64,000 bases of DNA from an uncultured Pseudomonadota bacterium (GCA_963736005.1 CAVTNB010000001.1:128001-192000); one strand, 5' to 3'. Counted from the stretch's first letter, positions 17,142 to 27,560 are shown. Made by a program: numbers and translations. The notes: generated by a model from the sequence alone, not told the origin.

Positions 17142-18197
17142 TTGACCAGCTACGGCGCCACCATCACCGGCGTCGGCTTCTGTGCGCCCCCCGGCATCTT
17201 GACGAACGAAGATCTCGAGAAGCTTGTCGACACAAGCGACGAGTGGATCACCCAGCGTACTGGGATGAAGCGTCGCCACATCATCGGGCCTGACGGAGTA
17301 ACCTCCGACCTCGCGGTGCCCGCTGCACAAGCAGCACTTGAGGCAGCCGGCAAAACGCCGCGCGACATCGACTGTATCATTTGTGCGACCGCCACCCCAG
17401 ATTACCCATTTCCCGCGTTGGCGTGCATTGTGGGGGCGCGACTTGGCGTGCAAGGCAAGCCCGCGTTTGACATTGCGATCGCGTGCTCGGGTTTTGTGTA
17501 TTCACTCACGACGGCCGCGTCGCTGATACGCTCCGGCGTTTACCGGTCGATCCTCATCATCGGTGCGGAGACGCTTTCAAAAATTACCGACTATACCGAT
17601 CGGACGACCTGCGTTCTCTTCGGTGATGGCGCCGGCGCAGCGCTCGTCGAGCGATCCGACGAAGACTGCTTCCTCGGTTCCGACCTAGGATCGGACGGCT
17701 CGGATCCGACGGTCTTGTATATGCCCGGCGGCGGGAGTAAATTTCCCTATAATCGAAACGGCGAGTTGACCGATCAGCGCCTCGGATACATCAAAATGCA
17801 AGGGCAGAGCGTGTTCAAGTTTGCCGTGAACCAGATGGCGGCGTCCACGCGCAACGCCCTCGCCCAAGCTGGTCTCACGACGAGCGACATCGACTTCGTC
17901 GTGCCCCACCAGGCAAATTTGCGCATCGTCGACGCGACCGTCAAGATGCTCGGCGTTCCGCCCGAAAAATGCATCGTGAACATTGCCGAGTATGGCAACA
18001 CATCGGCCGCGTCAATCCCGATCGCGCTTGGCGAGGCCGTAGAAAATGGTTTGATCAAGAACGATAATGTGATCGTCTTGGTTGCCTTTGGCGGAGGCCT
18101 CTCTTGGGGTTCGGTCGTCTGGCGCTGGAAAGGGGCACCTGTCATCCGCGCCCAGGCGCTCGCTCCCGGCGCGCTCGTGGGACTCACGGCGAACTAA
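17142..18197 (+). CDS. fabH: 3-oxoacyl-ACP synthase III
   Basis: DTSDEWI..RTG, ACSGF, LFGDGAGA, PHQAN, YGNTSAAS; TTG start. Confidence 0.96.
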   Translation: MTSYGATITGVGFCAPPGILTNEDLEKLVDTSDEWITQRTGMKRRHIIGPDGVTSDLAVPAAQAALEAAGKTPRDIDCIICATATPDYPFPALACIVGARLGVQGKPAFDIAIACSGFVYSLTTAASLIRSGVYRSILIIGAETLSKITDYTDRTTCVLFGDGAGAALVERSDEDCFLGSDLGSDGSDPTVLYMPGGGSKFPYNRNGELTDQRLGYIKMQGQSVFKFAVNQMAASTRNALAQAGLTTSDIDFVVPHQANLRIVDATVKMLGVPPEKCIVNIAEYGNTSAASIPIALGEAVENGLIKNDNVIVLVAFGGGLSWGSVVWRWKGAPVIRAQALAPGALVGLTAN

Positions 18198-18206
18198 GGC
18201 GAGAGC

Positions 18207-19163
18207 ATGCCGACGGCTGGTTTCATCTTTCCCGGTCAAGGTTCTCAAGCCGTGGGTATGGGGACCGACGTTGCGTCGCACTTCGCGCAGTCTCGCGAAT
18301 GTTTCGAGCGCGCCTCGGGCGTCTTAGGTTACGACCTCCTCGAAAAAGTCTCGAGCGCGAGCGCTGAAGAACTTAAAGAAACCCGTCTGAGCCAACCAGC
18401 GATTTTCACCGCGAACGTTGCCATCTATCGCGCAGTTTCGACGCTTGCTTTGCAACCAGTCGTCACCGCAGGCCATTCGTTTGGCGAATATTGCTCGCTT
18501 GTGATTTCCGGTGTGATGAGTTTCGACGAGGCAATCCGCATCGTCAACGAGCGCGGCCTTGCCATGGGTGAGGCCGCTGACCTCGCGCCGGGAGCCATGG
18601 CCGCCATCATCGGCATCGAGGAAGACGCGGTGGATGCGGTGTGCAAACGAGCGCGCGAGGTGAGCGGAGCACGCGTCGACATCGGTAACCTCAACACCCT
18701 GACGCAGATCGTCGTGTCCGGCGATGTCGCCGGAGTGGAAGCCGCCTGCGAACTTGCAAAGGACGCGGGAGCAAAGCGCGTGCGCGTCCTCAACGTATCG
18801 GGTGCGTGGCACAGCAGCCTTATGGCACCCGCATTGCCACGCTTTGAGCGAGCAGTCGCGAGTGCCACTCTTCACATGCCCGAGTTCAGCGTCATCAGCA
18901 ACGTGATCGCGAGACCATACGGTTCGGTCGCCGAAATTCGCAGCTCGCTTTTAGCGAGCTTGTGCGCGCGAGTTCGATGGCACGAAGCCGCCACGGCTTT
19001 GGCTGCCGTCGCGCCCGATTTCATCGTCGAGTGCGGCGCAAGCGAAGTGCTCGCACCTATGATGAAGCGTCTGCCCAATATCGGCTCGATTCGCGTCGCC
19101 CATGTTGCGGACACTCCCGGGTTGGAAGACGTCGCATCCGCCCTGAGGCCGTCGACGGCGTGA
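18207..19163 (+). CDS. fabD: Malonyl CoA-ACP transacylase
   Basis: FPGQGSQ, GHSFGE, LNVSGAWHS. Confidence 0.96.
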   Translation: MPTAGFIFPGQGSQAVGMGTDVASHFAQSRECFERASGVLGYDLLEKVSSASAEELKETRLSQPAIFTANVAIYRAVSTLALQPVVTAGHSFGEYCSLVISGVMSFDEAIRIVNERGLAMGEAADLAPGAMAAIIGIEEDAVDAVCKRAREVSGARVDIGNLNTLTQIVVSGDVAGVEAACELAKDAGAKRVRVLNVSGAWHSSLMAPALPRFERAVASATLHMPEFSVISNVIARPYGSVAEIRSSLLASLCARVRWHEAATALAAVAPDFIVECGASEVLAPMMKRLPNIGSIRVAHVADTPGLEDVASALRPSTA

Positions 19164-19945
19164 ACGTCGCAGGCAAGACCGCGCTCATCACGGGTGCCGG
19201 CACGGGAATTGGGCGCGCCATCGCTCTAGAATTGGCTCGCGGTGGCGCTGTCCTGTGTCTGAACGGCCGGCGACGCGAGCCGCTCGAGGCGGTGCGGCAG
19301 GAGGTTGCTGGCCTCGGCGGAACCGCGCACGTGCATCCGGCAGATGTTGCGGATCCGGGGCAAGCTGCGGAGCTCGTTGCAGCGGCGAAGTCGTTGCTCG
19401 GGCGCATCGACATCTTGGTCAACAACGCAGGGAAGACGTACGACGTTCTCATCCTACGCATGAAATGGGATGCGCTGGATGACGCGCTGGCGGTGAATCT
19501 CAAAAGCATGTTTTATCTCAGCGCGGCGGCGGGAAAGGTCATGCTATCGCAGAAGAGCGGCGCAATCGTCAACATCACGTCCGTTGTTGCGCTGACCGGG
19601 AATGCAGGCCAAAGCGCCTATGTGGCGGCGAAGGCTGGCGTCATCGGCCTCACGAAGTCGCTCGCGCAGGAATTCGGATCTCGTCACATCCGAGTGAATG
19701 CGGTTGCGCCAGGGTTCATCGAGACGGACATGACGGCGACGTTGCCGCAGACCGTAAAGCTTGGGTACCAGGAGCGCATTCCGCTCCGCCGCTTCGGTAG
19801 CGCGGCGGAGGTCGCAAAAGTCGTTTCGTTTTTGGCGAGCGACGACGCGTCGTATATGACCGGACAAGTTATCGCCGTCGACGGCGGCGTGTCACATGTG
19901 ACGAACAAGACACACAAGAGACCAGTGGAGGGAGTGACTGTCTGA
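19160..19945 (+). CDS. fabG: 3-oxoacyl-ACP reductase
   Basis: GTG start overlapping the fabD stop; [25 protein letters not shown]. The C-terminal tail may be an indel artefact (see findings). Confidence 0.93.
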   Translation: MNVAGKTALITGAGTGIGRAIALELARGGAVLCLNGRRREPLEAVRQEVAGLGGTAHVHPADVADPGQAAELVAAAKSLLGRIDILVNNAGKTYDVLILRMKWDALDDALAVNLKSMFYLSAAAGKVMLSQKSGAIVNITSVVALTGNAGQSAYVAAKAGVIGLTKSLAQEFGSRHIRVNAVAPGFIETDMTATLPQTVKLGYQERIPLRRFGSAAEVAKVVSFLASDDASYMTGQVIAVDGGVSHVTNKTHKRPVEGVTV

Positions 19946-20184
19946 TGTCAGTGTTCGACAAAGTGAAAAAGAGTATCGTAGAGCAACTCGGCGTGGATGA
20001 AGACGAAGTCACGCCCGAGGCCTCGATCACAGACGATCTCGGCGCAGACTCACTCGATCAGGTGGAACTGGTCATGGCCCTTGAGACCGAATTCAATTTG
20101 GACATCCCGGACGAGGACGCTGAGAAGATCAAGACGGTCGGGGATGCCGTTCGCTACATCGAGGAAGTAAGCGAAAAAGCCTAG
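19945..20184 (+). CDS. acpP: Acyl carrier protein
   Basis: [14 protein letters not shown] phosphopantetheine motif. Confidence 0.97.
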   Translation: MSVFDKVKKSIVEQLGVDEDEVTPEASITDDLGADSLDQVELVMALETEFNLDIPDEDAEKIKTVGDAVRYIEEVSEKA

Positions 20185-20237
20185 CCCCAAGCGCTCGCGG
20201 CACCGCCTCCTTCGCGCACCCGCGAAAAGAGTAAGAC

Positions 20238-21542
20238 ATGTTTTCTGCCCTTTCCGATCGCCTCGGAGCGATCTTCGCTCGCCTGCGTTCCCGCGGCAAG
20301 CTGACCGAAGCGGACGTCTCGGAAGTTCTCCGGGAGGTTCGCATCGCGTTGCTCGAGGCCGACGTCAATTTGGGCGTCGTCAAGAACTTTATCGCCTCGA
20401 TTCGCGAGCGCGCGGTTGGCGCAGAGGTCACCGAATCGCTGACGCCGGCGCAGGCAGTCGTGAAGATCGTGCACGACGGGCTGATCGAGCTCATGGGCAC
20501 GGTGGTCGAGCCCCTCCATTTCGCGCCGAGCGGACCAACGCCAATCATGCTCGTGGGCCTGCAGGGTAGCGGCAAAACGACGCAGGCTGCAAAACTTGCG
20601 TTGCGTTTGCAAGAGCAAGGGCGTCGACCGTTGCTCGTGGCGTGCGACGTGTATCGCCCGGCAGCCATCGATCAGTTGAAAGTCTTGGGGGAACAAATCG
20701 GCGTGCCGGTCTACGAGGAAGGCACAAGTGCCCCCACGCAGATCGCCCGCAATGCAGTCGCGCGCGCGCAGCAGTTGGGTCACGGAGCCGTGTTGTTAGA
20801 TACCGCGGGTCGGCTGCAGATAGATGAGCCGATCATGCGCGAGCTCGAAGCGATCAAGCAAGCGGTTTCTCCGCTTGAGACCCTGCTCGTGGTCGACGCA
20901 ATGACGGGGCAAGAAGCGGTCAACGTCGCTAAGGTATTTGACGAGCGACTGAATCTGTCGGGCTTGGTGCTTACCAAGCTTGACGGAGATAGCCGGGGTG
21001 GCGCGGCGCTGTCGATTCGCTCGGTGACTGGCAAGCCGGTGAAGTTCATCGGGACCGGTGAAAAGGTCACTGCGCTGGAGGAATTTCACCCAGATCGACT
21101 CGTGTCGCGCATCTTGGGCATGGGCGACGTGCTCACGCTCATCGAGAAGAGCCAGCGCGTTTTTGACGAAAGCAAAGCGAAGGAGCTCGCCAGCAAGCTT
21201 CGCACCCAAAAACTCACGCTGCAAGATTTCTTAGATCAGCTTCGGCAAATGCGAAAGATGGGTCCGCTTGGCGATCTCGTCAAGATGATTCCCAACATGG
21301 GCAAACTCCTGCCAACCCAAGATCTCGACGAACGAGAGGTAGGGCGAATCGAAGCCATCATTTGTTCGATGACGCCTCGGGAGCGCACGGACCCGGCCAT
21401 TCTCAACGCCAGCCGGCGGCGGCGCATTGCCGCAGGCAGCGGCACCAAGGTGCAAGACGTCAACCGATTGATCAAGCAATTCGAAGCATCGCGCCAGATG
21501 ATGAAACAACTTGGGCGCATGCGAGGCCTCCCTAAAATGTAG
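20238..21542 (+). CDS. ffh: Signal recognition particle protein
   Basis: ALLEADV, GLQGSGKTT, DTAGR, TKLDGDSRGG; M-domain SRRRRIAAGSG. Confidence 0.97.
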   Translation: MFSALSDRLGAIFARLRSRGKLTEADVSEVLREVRIALLEADVNLGVVKNFIASIRERAVGAEVTESLTPAQAVVKIVHDGLIELMGTVVEPLHFAPSGPTPIMLVGLQGSGKTTQAAKLALRLQEQGRRPLLVACDVYRPAAIDQLKVLGEQIGVPVYEEGTSAPTQIARNAVARAQQLGHGAVLLDTAGRLQIDEPIMRELEAIKQAVSPLETLLVVDAMTGQEAVNVAKVFDERLNLSGLVLTKLDGDSRGGAALSIRSVTGKPVKFIGTGEKVTALEEFHPDRLVSRILGMGDVLTLIEKSQRVFDESKAKELASKLRTQKLTLQDFLDQLRQMRKMGPLGDLVKMIPNMGKLLPTQDLDEREVGRIEAIICSMTPRERTDPAILNASRRRRIAAGSGTKVQDVNRLIKQFEASRQMMKQLGRMRGLPKM

Positions 21543-21605
21543 GGGGCGATGGGCAAATCGCCCCACGAACAATTGGAAATGTAGCAGCGGACCTTCAGGT
21601 CCGCT
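21539..21605 (+). repeat. GTAG-type REP palindrome pair
   Basis: GTAG-GGGGCGAT/gggcaa/ATCGCCCC (contains the ffh stop) and GTAG-C-AGCGGACCT/tc/AGGTCCGCT. Confidence 0.8.
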
Positions 21606-21627
21606 CGGACCACTGAAAGGATATCAG

Positions 21628-21924
21628 TTGAGCGTCAAGATCAGACTGCGCCGAACGGGCGCAAAGAAGCAAGCATCCTACCGTTTCGTCGTCGCCGATA
21701 GCGCCTCACCGCGTGATGGGCGTTTCTTGGAGATCGTGGGTCATTACAATCCACGCCGAAGTCCCGTCGAACTCGTGCTTGATGAAGAGAAGATCAAACG
21801 CTGGTTGAGCCGAGGTGCCTTGCCTTCCGCAACGGCGGCACGGCTGCTTGCGGACAAGGGTTTGTATGAACGGTCGCGCGTGCCGGTCCGCAAAGCGCGG
21901 GCGCCAAAGAAAGAGAGCAAGTAG
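21628..21924 (+). CDS. rpsP: 30S ribosomal protein S16
   Basis: TTG start after AAAGGA; SVKIRLRRTGAKKQASYRFVVADSASPRDGRF. Confidence 0.96.
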   Translation: MSVKIRLRRTGAKKQASYRFVVADSASPRDGRFLEIVGHYNPRRSPVELVLDEEKIKRWLSRGALPSATAARLLADKGLYERSRVPVRKARAPKKESK

Positions 21925-22293
21925 ATGAGCGAACGTCCGCCCGATTTTGTCGATCTCGAAGAGGAAGAAGATCTCGTCGAGCGTGACGAGGCGGAAGGCT
22001 TGCCAGTTGCGCCGGACGAGGAGCTAGAAGAAGAGGACAACGGCGACGACGTCATCGGACGCGCCGCGGCAGTGCTCAAGTATATTGTGGAGCGGATCGT
22101 GGACGATCCCAGCCAGATTTCAATCGGCGCCACAACGGACGGCCGCGGCCCCGTCCTTTTGCTCAGCGTCGCAGAGGATGATCGCGGCAAGATCATCGGC
22201 CGGCAGGGTCGCATCATCCAGGCCATTCGAACGATTGTCAAAGCAGCCACGGTCGGAACGGGTGCGCGCGTCAACGTCGAAATCGTCGACTAG
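21925..22293 (+). CDS. khpA: KH-domain RNA-binding protein with acidic N-terminal extension
   Basis: DRGKIIGRQGRIIQAIRT (GxxG); rpsP-khpA-rimM synteny. Confidence 0.9.
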   Translation: MSERPPDFVDLEEEEDLVERDEAEGLPVAPDEELEEEDNGDDVIGRAAAVLKYIVERIVDDPSQISIGATTDGRGPVLLLSVAEDDRGKIIGRQGRIIQAIRTIVKAATVGTGARVNVEIVD

Positions 22294-22810
22294 CGAGCAC
22301 GCTTCGCCAGAGAGCATCCTCATCGGTCGAATCGTCGGCCATTTTGGGCTGCGCGGCGATGTTAAACTTGCGGCGGCGGACGGCGATGCTCTCAAAGTAG
22401 GCCTGCGGGTCGTGCTCGCACCCCGCGATGGAGCGCTGGGCGAGAGCCCAACTCAGATCGTACGATTGCGTGCGCATCAGAAGCTGTTTGTTGTCGGTTT
22501 GGTGGGCATCGACGATGCGGATGCTGCTCGGCGGCTCCATGGGGCAAACGTGCTGGTCGCCCGCAAGGATCTTCCTCGCTTACCGCCACGCACGTTTCGT
22601 GAGATCGACCTCGTTGGACTTCTCGTTGTCGATGAGGCGCTCGGCGCGCTGGGAACCGTGCAAAGCGTGCGCCGTTACCCGTCGTGCGACATGCTCGTCG
22701 TCGGACCACGAGAACTGCTCGTTCCCTTGCTGACCGCCTACGGCGTCTCGATCGATCGGAAAAAAAGGGAAATACGCGTACGGCTACCGCGCGGTTTTGA
22801 GGAGTTGTAA
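22262..22810 (+). CDS. rimM: Ribosome maturation factor RimM (start uncertain; nearest in-frame GTG is at 22262)
   Basis: IGRIVGHFGLRGDVK, DLVGL.V, LG.V, LLVP motifs. Confidence 0.9.
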   Translation: MRASTSKSSTSEHASPESILIGRIVGHFGLRGDVKLAAADGDALKVGLRVVLAPRDGALGESPTQIVRLRAHQKLFVVGLVGIDDADAARRLHGANVLVARKDLPRLPPRTFREIDLVGLLVVDEALGALGTVQSVRRYPSCDMLVVGPRELLVPLLTAYGVSIDRKKREIRVRLPRGFEEL

Positions 22811-22815
22811 TTTCC

Positions 22816-23613
22816 ATGGAAGCAAAAACGGCGCTGGTCACGGGAGCTTCATCCGGCTTGGGCCGGGAATTTTGCGATCTCGCGGCGGCGGACGGTTACA
22901 ACTTGGTTCTCGTCGCGCGGAATCCTCACCGGCTCGAAGAGGCGGCCACACAGCTGCGGACCGAGCATGGTCGCGACGTTGACATCATTGCGAAAGACCT
23001 GGGCGAAGCGGGAGCCGCGGGAGCTATTTATAACGAGGTCAAGCAGCGCGGCTTGCGCCCGAGCGTGCTCATCAACAATGCTGGCTTTGCGTACAACGGA
23101 TACTTTGAGAAGCAGAACCTGGCTGAGTTGGATTCCATGATGCAAACGAATATGGTCGCGCTCACGACGCTCACCCGGCTTTTCCTTCCCGACATGCTGG
23201 GTCGGCGCGAGGGTCGGATCCTCAACGTGGCTTCCACCGCTGCGTTTCAACCGGGTCCACTCATGACCGTGTACTACGCTTCGAAAGCATATGTCTTATC
23301 ATTCACGGAGGCGCTGGGAGTGGAAATCGAGGGCAGCGGTCTCACGGCAACGGTCGTGTGCCCTGGGCCCGTGAAAACGGGATTCCAGGCGCGCGCGGGA
23401 CTGCAGGATTCCGTGATGTTGCGCAGTCCGCTCGTTATGGACGCCCGCCGGGTTGCAGAGATCGGCTATCGCGCGATGATGGCAGGGAAGGCGGTGTGTG
23501 TTCCAGGGGCCTTAAATGCCCTGACTGCTTTTCTTGCCCTGCATTCGCCGCGTTCGCTCACCGCCCGAATGGCAAAGAAGATTCAAGCCGGTCCGCTACG
23601 CCAAGCTTCCTAA
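22816..23613 (+). CDS. SDR family oxidoreductase
   Basis: TGASSGLG, INNAG, YYASK. Confidence 0.92.
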   Translation: MEAKTALVTGASSGLGREFCDLAAADGYNLVLVARNPHRLEEAATQLRTEHGRDVDIIAKDLGEAGAAGAIYNEVKQRGLRPSVLINNAGFAYNGYFEKQNLAELDSMMQTNMVALTTLTRLFLPDMLGRREGRILNVASTAAFQPGPLMTVYYASKAYVLSFTEALGVEIEGSGLTATVVCPGPVKTGFQARAGLQDSVMLRSPLVMDARRVAEIGYRAMMAGKAVCVPGALNALTAFLALHSPRSLTARMAKKIQAGPLRQAS

Positions 23614-24285
23614 GAACTTCCCAATTGCTGCGTTCACCTCTGCAGGGTGCTCGGCCATCACAATATGGCCGGCGCCTTCGATAACGGCCAGCGTGGACCC
23701 AACGATACGATCGTGCAAGTACGCCGAATATTTCGGCGGCGTGAGCTGATCCTCACTGCCGACGATGATAAGGGTCGGGGCGCGAAGCGTGCCTAGCTCG
23801 TGCATCACATCAAACTTGTCGCAGGCGGTGTAGTCTCGCCACGTTGATTCCAACCCAACAAGCTCGTGCCAATCGCGCACTCGTGCATGCAGTGCGGCGG
23901 AAGCACCGGGCGAAAGCGCGAGATCCGCGAGCGTCGCGATGCAAGCGGGCCAACGCTCGTCGAGCATCTCGAAGATCTTGGGAGAGACTCGCAGACGAGA
24001 GCCCGTTCCGATGAGCACTAAGCCTGCGACTTGTTCGGGAAAATCAAGCGCCCAGCGCAACGCAACGGCGCCTCCCAGCGAATGGCCGACTGCAACTGCG
24101 CGCCCAGCATGTTTCCAGTCAACGTAGCGCGCGAACCAACTCGCGATTTCCTCGACTGATTCTAATGCCTCGCCGCCTGGATGACCGGGTAGCGAAACGG
24201 CATCGGAGCCGGCAAAAGCGGCTACTTGCTGGGCAAAACTGTCCTGCGTATACCCGGACCCATGAATGTACAGCACCTGCGGCAT
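23596..24285 (-). CDS. Alpha/beta hydrolase
   Basis: HGSG oxyanion motif, GHSLGG nucleophile elbow, GSED and AGH. Confidence 0.9.
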   Translation of the reverse strand: MPQVLYIHGSGYTQDSFAQQVAAFAGSDAVSLPGHPGGEALESVEEIASWFARYVDWKHAGRAVAVGHSLGGAVALRWALDFPEQVAGLVLIGTGSRLRVSPKIFEMLDERWPACIATLADLALSPGASAALHARVRDWHELVGLESTWRDYTACDKFDVMHELGTLRAPTLIIVGSEDQLTPPKYSAYLHDRIVGSTLAVIEGAGHIVMAEHPAEVNAAIGKFLGSLA

Positions 24286-24298
24286 TGACCCCAAGGTT

Positions 24299-24356
24299 GT
24301 CGCAGCGGACCTTGAGGTCCGCTCAAACCATGTAGCGGCGGACCTTTAGGTCCGCC
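24299..24356 (+). repeat. GTAG-type REP palindrome pair
   Basis: GTCG-C-AGCGGACCT/tg/AGGTCCGCT and GTAG-C-GGCGGACCT/tt/AGGTCCGCC. Confidence 0.8.
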
Positions 24357-24400
24357 CATAGTAGGATATCGTACATGCGTTCGAAAAACACACGTTCGAT

Positions 24401-26176
24401 ATGGCGTTGGCGATTCCATTACGCGCGCCGGCTTTTGCCGTTACGCCGCGCGACCTTGACGCAGACCTCGGCGACGCCGTCCGCAATGCGCGCCTCGCGG
24501 CGCTCGCGGGCGTCGACCTTTGGGATCTGCCATTTTGCGTAGTGGATATCGAGACGACAGGGGCCGTGCGAGGTAAGGACGGGATCACCGAGATTGCTCT
24601 CGTCAACGTGGCGCGAGGACGTGTCACAAAAGAGTGGCAAACGCTCGTCAACCCACGGCAACCCATACCCGGCTTCATCACTCACCTCACCGGCATCACG
24701 GACGAAATGGTGGCAGGGGCACCTCAGGTCGGCGAGGTGCTGCCAAGCATCGTGGAAATTGTGGGCGACTGCGTTCTCGTGGGACACAACGTGCGTTTCG
24801 ACGCCCATTTTATTGAATGGGAATTGCTTCGACACGGCTTTGCTGCGCTGTCGAATATCAAGCTCGATACGCTTGCTCTCGCGCGGCGCACCATCGCCGA
24901 GGTGCCGAACTACAAACTCGGTACGTTGACCCGCGAACTTGGCATCGACGTTGAGCGCCACCATCGCGCCCTTGCCGATGCGCGGGCAACTGCAGAATTG
25001 CTCATCCATTGCATCAAACGCTTTGAGGACAACGCAGTCTTCACGCTTGGAACGCTGCTGGACCACTTACGCACTCGGGCGCTTCCGCGCCGCCGCTCGA
25101 TCGCCAAACTTCCGGATGCTTCTCAGCTTCCGGTGTGGACTTCGATTCTCCGTAGCGAGCTCGACGACGTTCCAACAAAGCCGGGTGTTTATACACTTCG
25201 CGATGCCAGTTCGGAGATCGTCTACGTGGGCAAGTCGCGAAACCTGCGGCAGCGGTTGCGGGCATACGCAACGGTTGGCAAACCCGCTGGATCAAAGATG
25301 CGGGCGCTGCGCGCGGTCGTTGCAAGCTATCATTATACGGTCACGGGGTCGGAACTTGAAGCGTTGTTAGTGGAAGCAGAACTCGTCCAGATGCACGATC
25401 CTCCGTTCAACGATCGGCTGCGAAACTTCCGGCAGTTCGGTTTCATCAAGATCGTGCAAGGGCCACGCGGTAGGTTGCTGACGACGACGCGCCTGATTGC
25501 GGATGGAGCCCGATACTATGGGCCGTATCGGAGCATGGCTGCAGCGCGCGCGTCGGCGGCGGCGCTGCAAGATGCGCTTGGATTGGATTCAGGTGTTGGG
25601 CCCGATCCTTCAAGCGTGCCGCCCGCCATGCGAGAAGCGTTGCTTTTCGAAGCTGTTGCTTTCATCGAGGGGCACGCGGACGAAGTGCTCTTGACTGTTG
25701 CGCGTCGTCGCGATGAGGCCGCGGCTCGGGGCAAGACGGAAATTCTCGCAAGAGAAGAGGAGCGCTTGGACCGCTTGCGGCGTCTTCGGAGCGTGCATGC
25801 GGCGCTCGAATCCGCGGCAGGCTTGAATGCGATTGTCTTGGCACCTGCACCGGATCCCTCGGAAGAGGCATGCTTTTTGTTTTGTCGGGGTCGCCTAGCT
25901 GGTCGGCAATACCTTCCGCGTCGGTTGCCGGAGCGGGGACGAGCAACGTCCATGCTCGCCAAGATGCTTGCCGAAGGCTTCATGCCGCAAGATGTTTCGC
26001 GATGCTTTGTGAAACAACACGAAATCGATCAGCTCTATATTTTCTCCTCTTGGTTCGAAGAACGGCGCGAGGGATTATACTATGCGCCATTGCCAGACCG
26101 CCGGCCCTGCGATGGCGAATCCGAGCGCTGGGCGGAAACGATCCTCGATGGGGGACCGGCTGGCGCCGCCGGGTAG
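24401..26176 (+). CDS. DEDDh (DnaQ-like) exonuclease fused to GIY-YIG (UvrC/Cho-like) endonuclease
   Basis: VVDIETTG, GHNVRFD, HHRALAD; then PGVYTLRD...YVGKSRNLRQRL, EALLVE..L...PPFN, YYGPY. Confidence 0.9.
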   Translation: MALAIPLRAPAFAVTPRDLDADLGDAVRNARLAALAGVDLWDLPFCVVDIETTGAVRGKDGITEIALVNVARGRVTKEWQTLVNPRQPIPGFITHLTGITDEMVAGAPQVGEVLPSIVEIVGDCVLVGHNVRFDAHFIEWELLRHGFAALSNIKLDTLALARRTIAEVPNYKLGTLTRELGIDVERHHRALADARATAELLIHCIKRFEDNAVFTLGTLLDHLRTRALPRRRSIAKLPDASQLPVWTSILRSELDDVPTKPGVYTLRDASSEIVYVGKSRNLRQRLRAYATVGKPAGSKMRALRAVVASYHYTVTGSELEALLVEAELVQMHDPPFNDRLRNFRQFGFIKIVQGPRGRLLTTTRLIADGARYYGPYRSMAAARASAAALQDALGLDSGVGPDPSSVPPAMREALLFEAVAFIEGHADEVLLTVARRRDEAAARGKTEILAREEERLDRLRRLRSVHAALESAAGLNAIVLAPAPDPSEEACFLFCRGRLAGRQYLPRRLPERGRATSMLAKMLAEGFMPQDVSRCFVKQHEIDQLYIFSSWFEERREGLYYAPLPDRRPCDGESERWAETILDGGPAGAAG

Positions 26177-26243
26177 GGCCGCAGGTCCGCCAAGTTCCAA
26201 TCGCCAAATAACCGAGCGGGCGCTTATCAAAACGGAGTTTGCA

Positions 26244-26819
26244 ATGACCACCATGCGCCGGTTCTCCATCCTCACCGCACTCGCTGCAGTCTGCGCTGTA
26301 CTCTTCGTGGGGCCCGCCGCAGCGATCGAGCATGCGACCACTCCTGAAAATGACGAGACACGCAATTCGCTTATCGCCACCGGCACGCTGGTCCACATCG
26401 TCATGCTGCAGACTGTCTCGTCTGCTCACTGCACGAAAGGCGACACGTTCAGCTTTCGCGTCATCGATGATGTGAAAGCCGGCTCGCGCCTCGCGATACC
26501 GAGCGGCACGACCGGCACGGGCAAGGTCACCGATTGCGCGCCCGCGCACGGGGGCCGCCAAGACGGCCGTCTGCGCATCGAATTTGATCCCATTGTTCTG
26601 AGCGACGGTACGCAAGTGCCCGTTGGCATCACGCACGATAGCCTTGTTGCCGATGCAAACGAGAAAAATGGGACCGGGCCGGCGCTCGAAGACATTGCCA
26701 ACATGATGGTGCCCGGTTTCTTTCTCCTCGACTTCCTGCGCAAGGGCGATGATGTGACCGTCGCCGCGAACTCGCCCTTCCACGTCGCCGTCACCGAGGA
26801 CGCGTTTCTCTCCGAATAA
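26244..26819 (+). CDS. Hypothetical secreted protein
   Basis: RBS GGAG; signal peptide MTTMRRFSILTALAAVCAVLFVGPAAA; beta-rich body (GDTF.F.V, IP.GT...G.V). Confidence 0.7.
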   Translation: MTTMRRFSILTALAAVCAVLFVGPAAAIEHATTPENDETRNSLIATGTLVHIVMLQTVSSAHCTKGDTFSFRVIDDVKAGSRLAIPSGTTGTGKVTDCAPAHGGRQDGRLRIEFDPIVLSDGTQVPVGITHDSLVADANEKNGTGPALEDIANMMVPGFFLLDFLRKGDDVTVAANSPFHVAVTEDAFLSE

Positions 26820-26822
26820 GCC

Positions 26823-27560
26823 TCAGCGCGTGACGATGCGGTTGCGCAGCGTGCCGATCTCATCGATAGTCACCTCGACGACATCCCCGGGCTGCATCGG
26901 TCCTATGCCGGCAGGTGTTCCGGTTGAGATGACGTCGCCCGGCTCGAGGGTAAACGCCGCTGAAATGTACTCGACAAGCCGATCCACGCCGAAGATCAAC
27001 GACGACGTGGCCGCATCTTGTTTGAGTTCTCCATTGAGATAGGTGCGCAGGCGCATGGAAGACGGATCGAGTTCCGTCACGATGCAAGGGCCGAGCGGAG
27101 CAAAGCCGTCGAATCCCTTGGCGCGAGCCCACTGCCCGTCGCTTTGCTGCAAATCGCGCGCGGTCACATCATTGCAGATTGTGTAGCCCAAGATGACGTC
27201 GTTGGCGCGCGCAGCTGGAACGTCGCGGCAGCGCTTGCCGATGACGACTGCGAGTTCTCCCTCGAAGTCAACGCGCTTGCTTTGAGATGGGTACACAATG
27301 TCGCCGTCGGGATCGTTGAGAGCCGATGGCGGCTTAAAGAACAAAAGCGGTTCCTTTGGCACGGAATTTCCCAGTTCGGCCGCGTGATCGGCGTAGTTGC
27401 GGCCAACCCCGATGATCTTCGAAGGAAGGCATGGCGCTACCAGACGCACCGAAGCGAGCGCCACGCGTCCACCAGCAAAGAGAAACTCGCCTGCATCGAT
27501 GGTTCCTTCTCGGATTGCGCCATCGATGAGTGCGCGAGCAAGCTTTCTCCGCTGCGACAT
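26823..27560 (-). CDS. Fumarylacetoacetate hydrolase family protein (start uncertain)
   Basis: KIIGVGRNY..H, PLLFFKP, DFEGEL, NDVTARD, AKGFD.FAPLGP, GDVISTGTP. Confidence 0.92.
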   Translation of the reverse strand: MSQRRKLARALIDGAIREGTIDAGEFLFAGGRVALASVRLVAPCLPSKIIGVGRNYADHAAELGNSVPKEPLLFFKPPSALNDPDGDIVYPSQSKRVDFEGELAVVIGKRCRDVPAARANDVILGYTICNDVTARDLQQSDGQWARAKGFDGFAPLGPCIVTELDPSSMRLRTYLNGELKQDAATSSLIFGVDRLVEYISAAFTLEPGDVISTGTPAGIGPMQPGDVVEVTIDEIGTLRNRIVTR

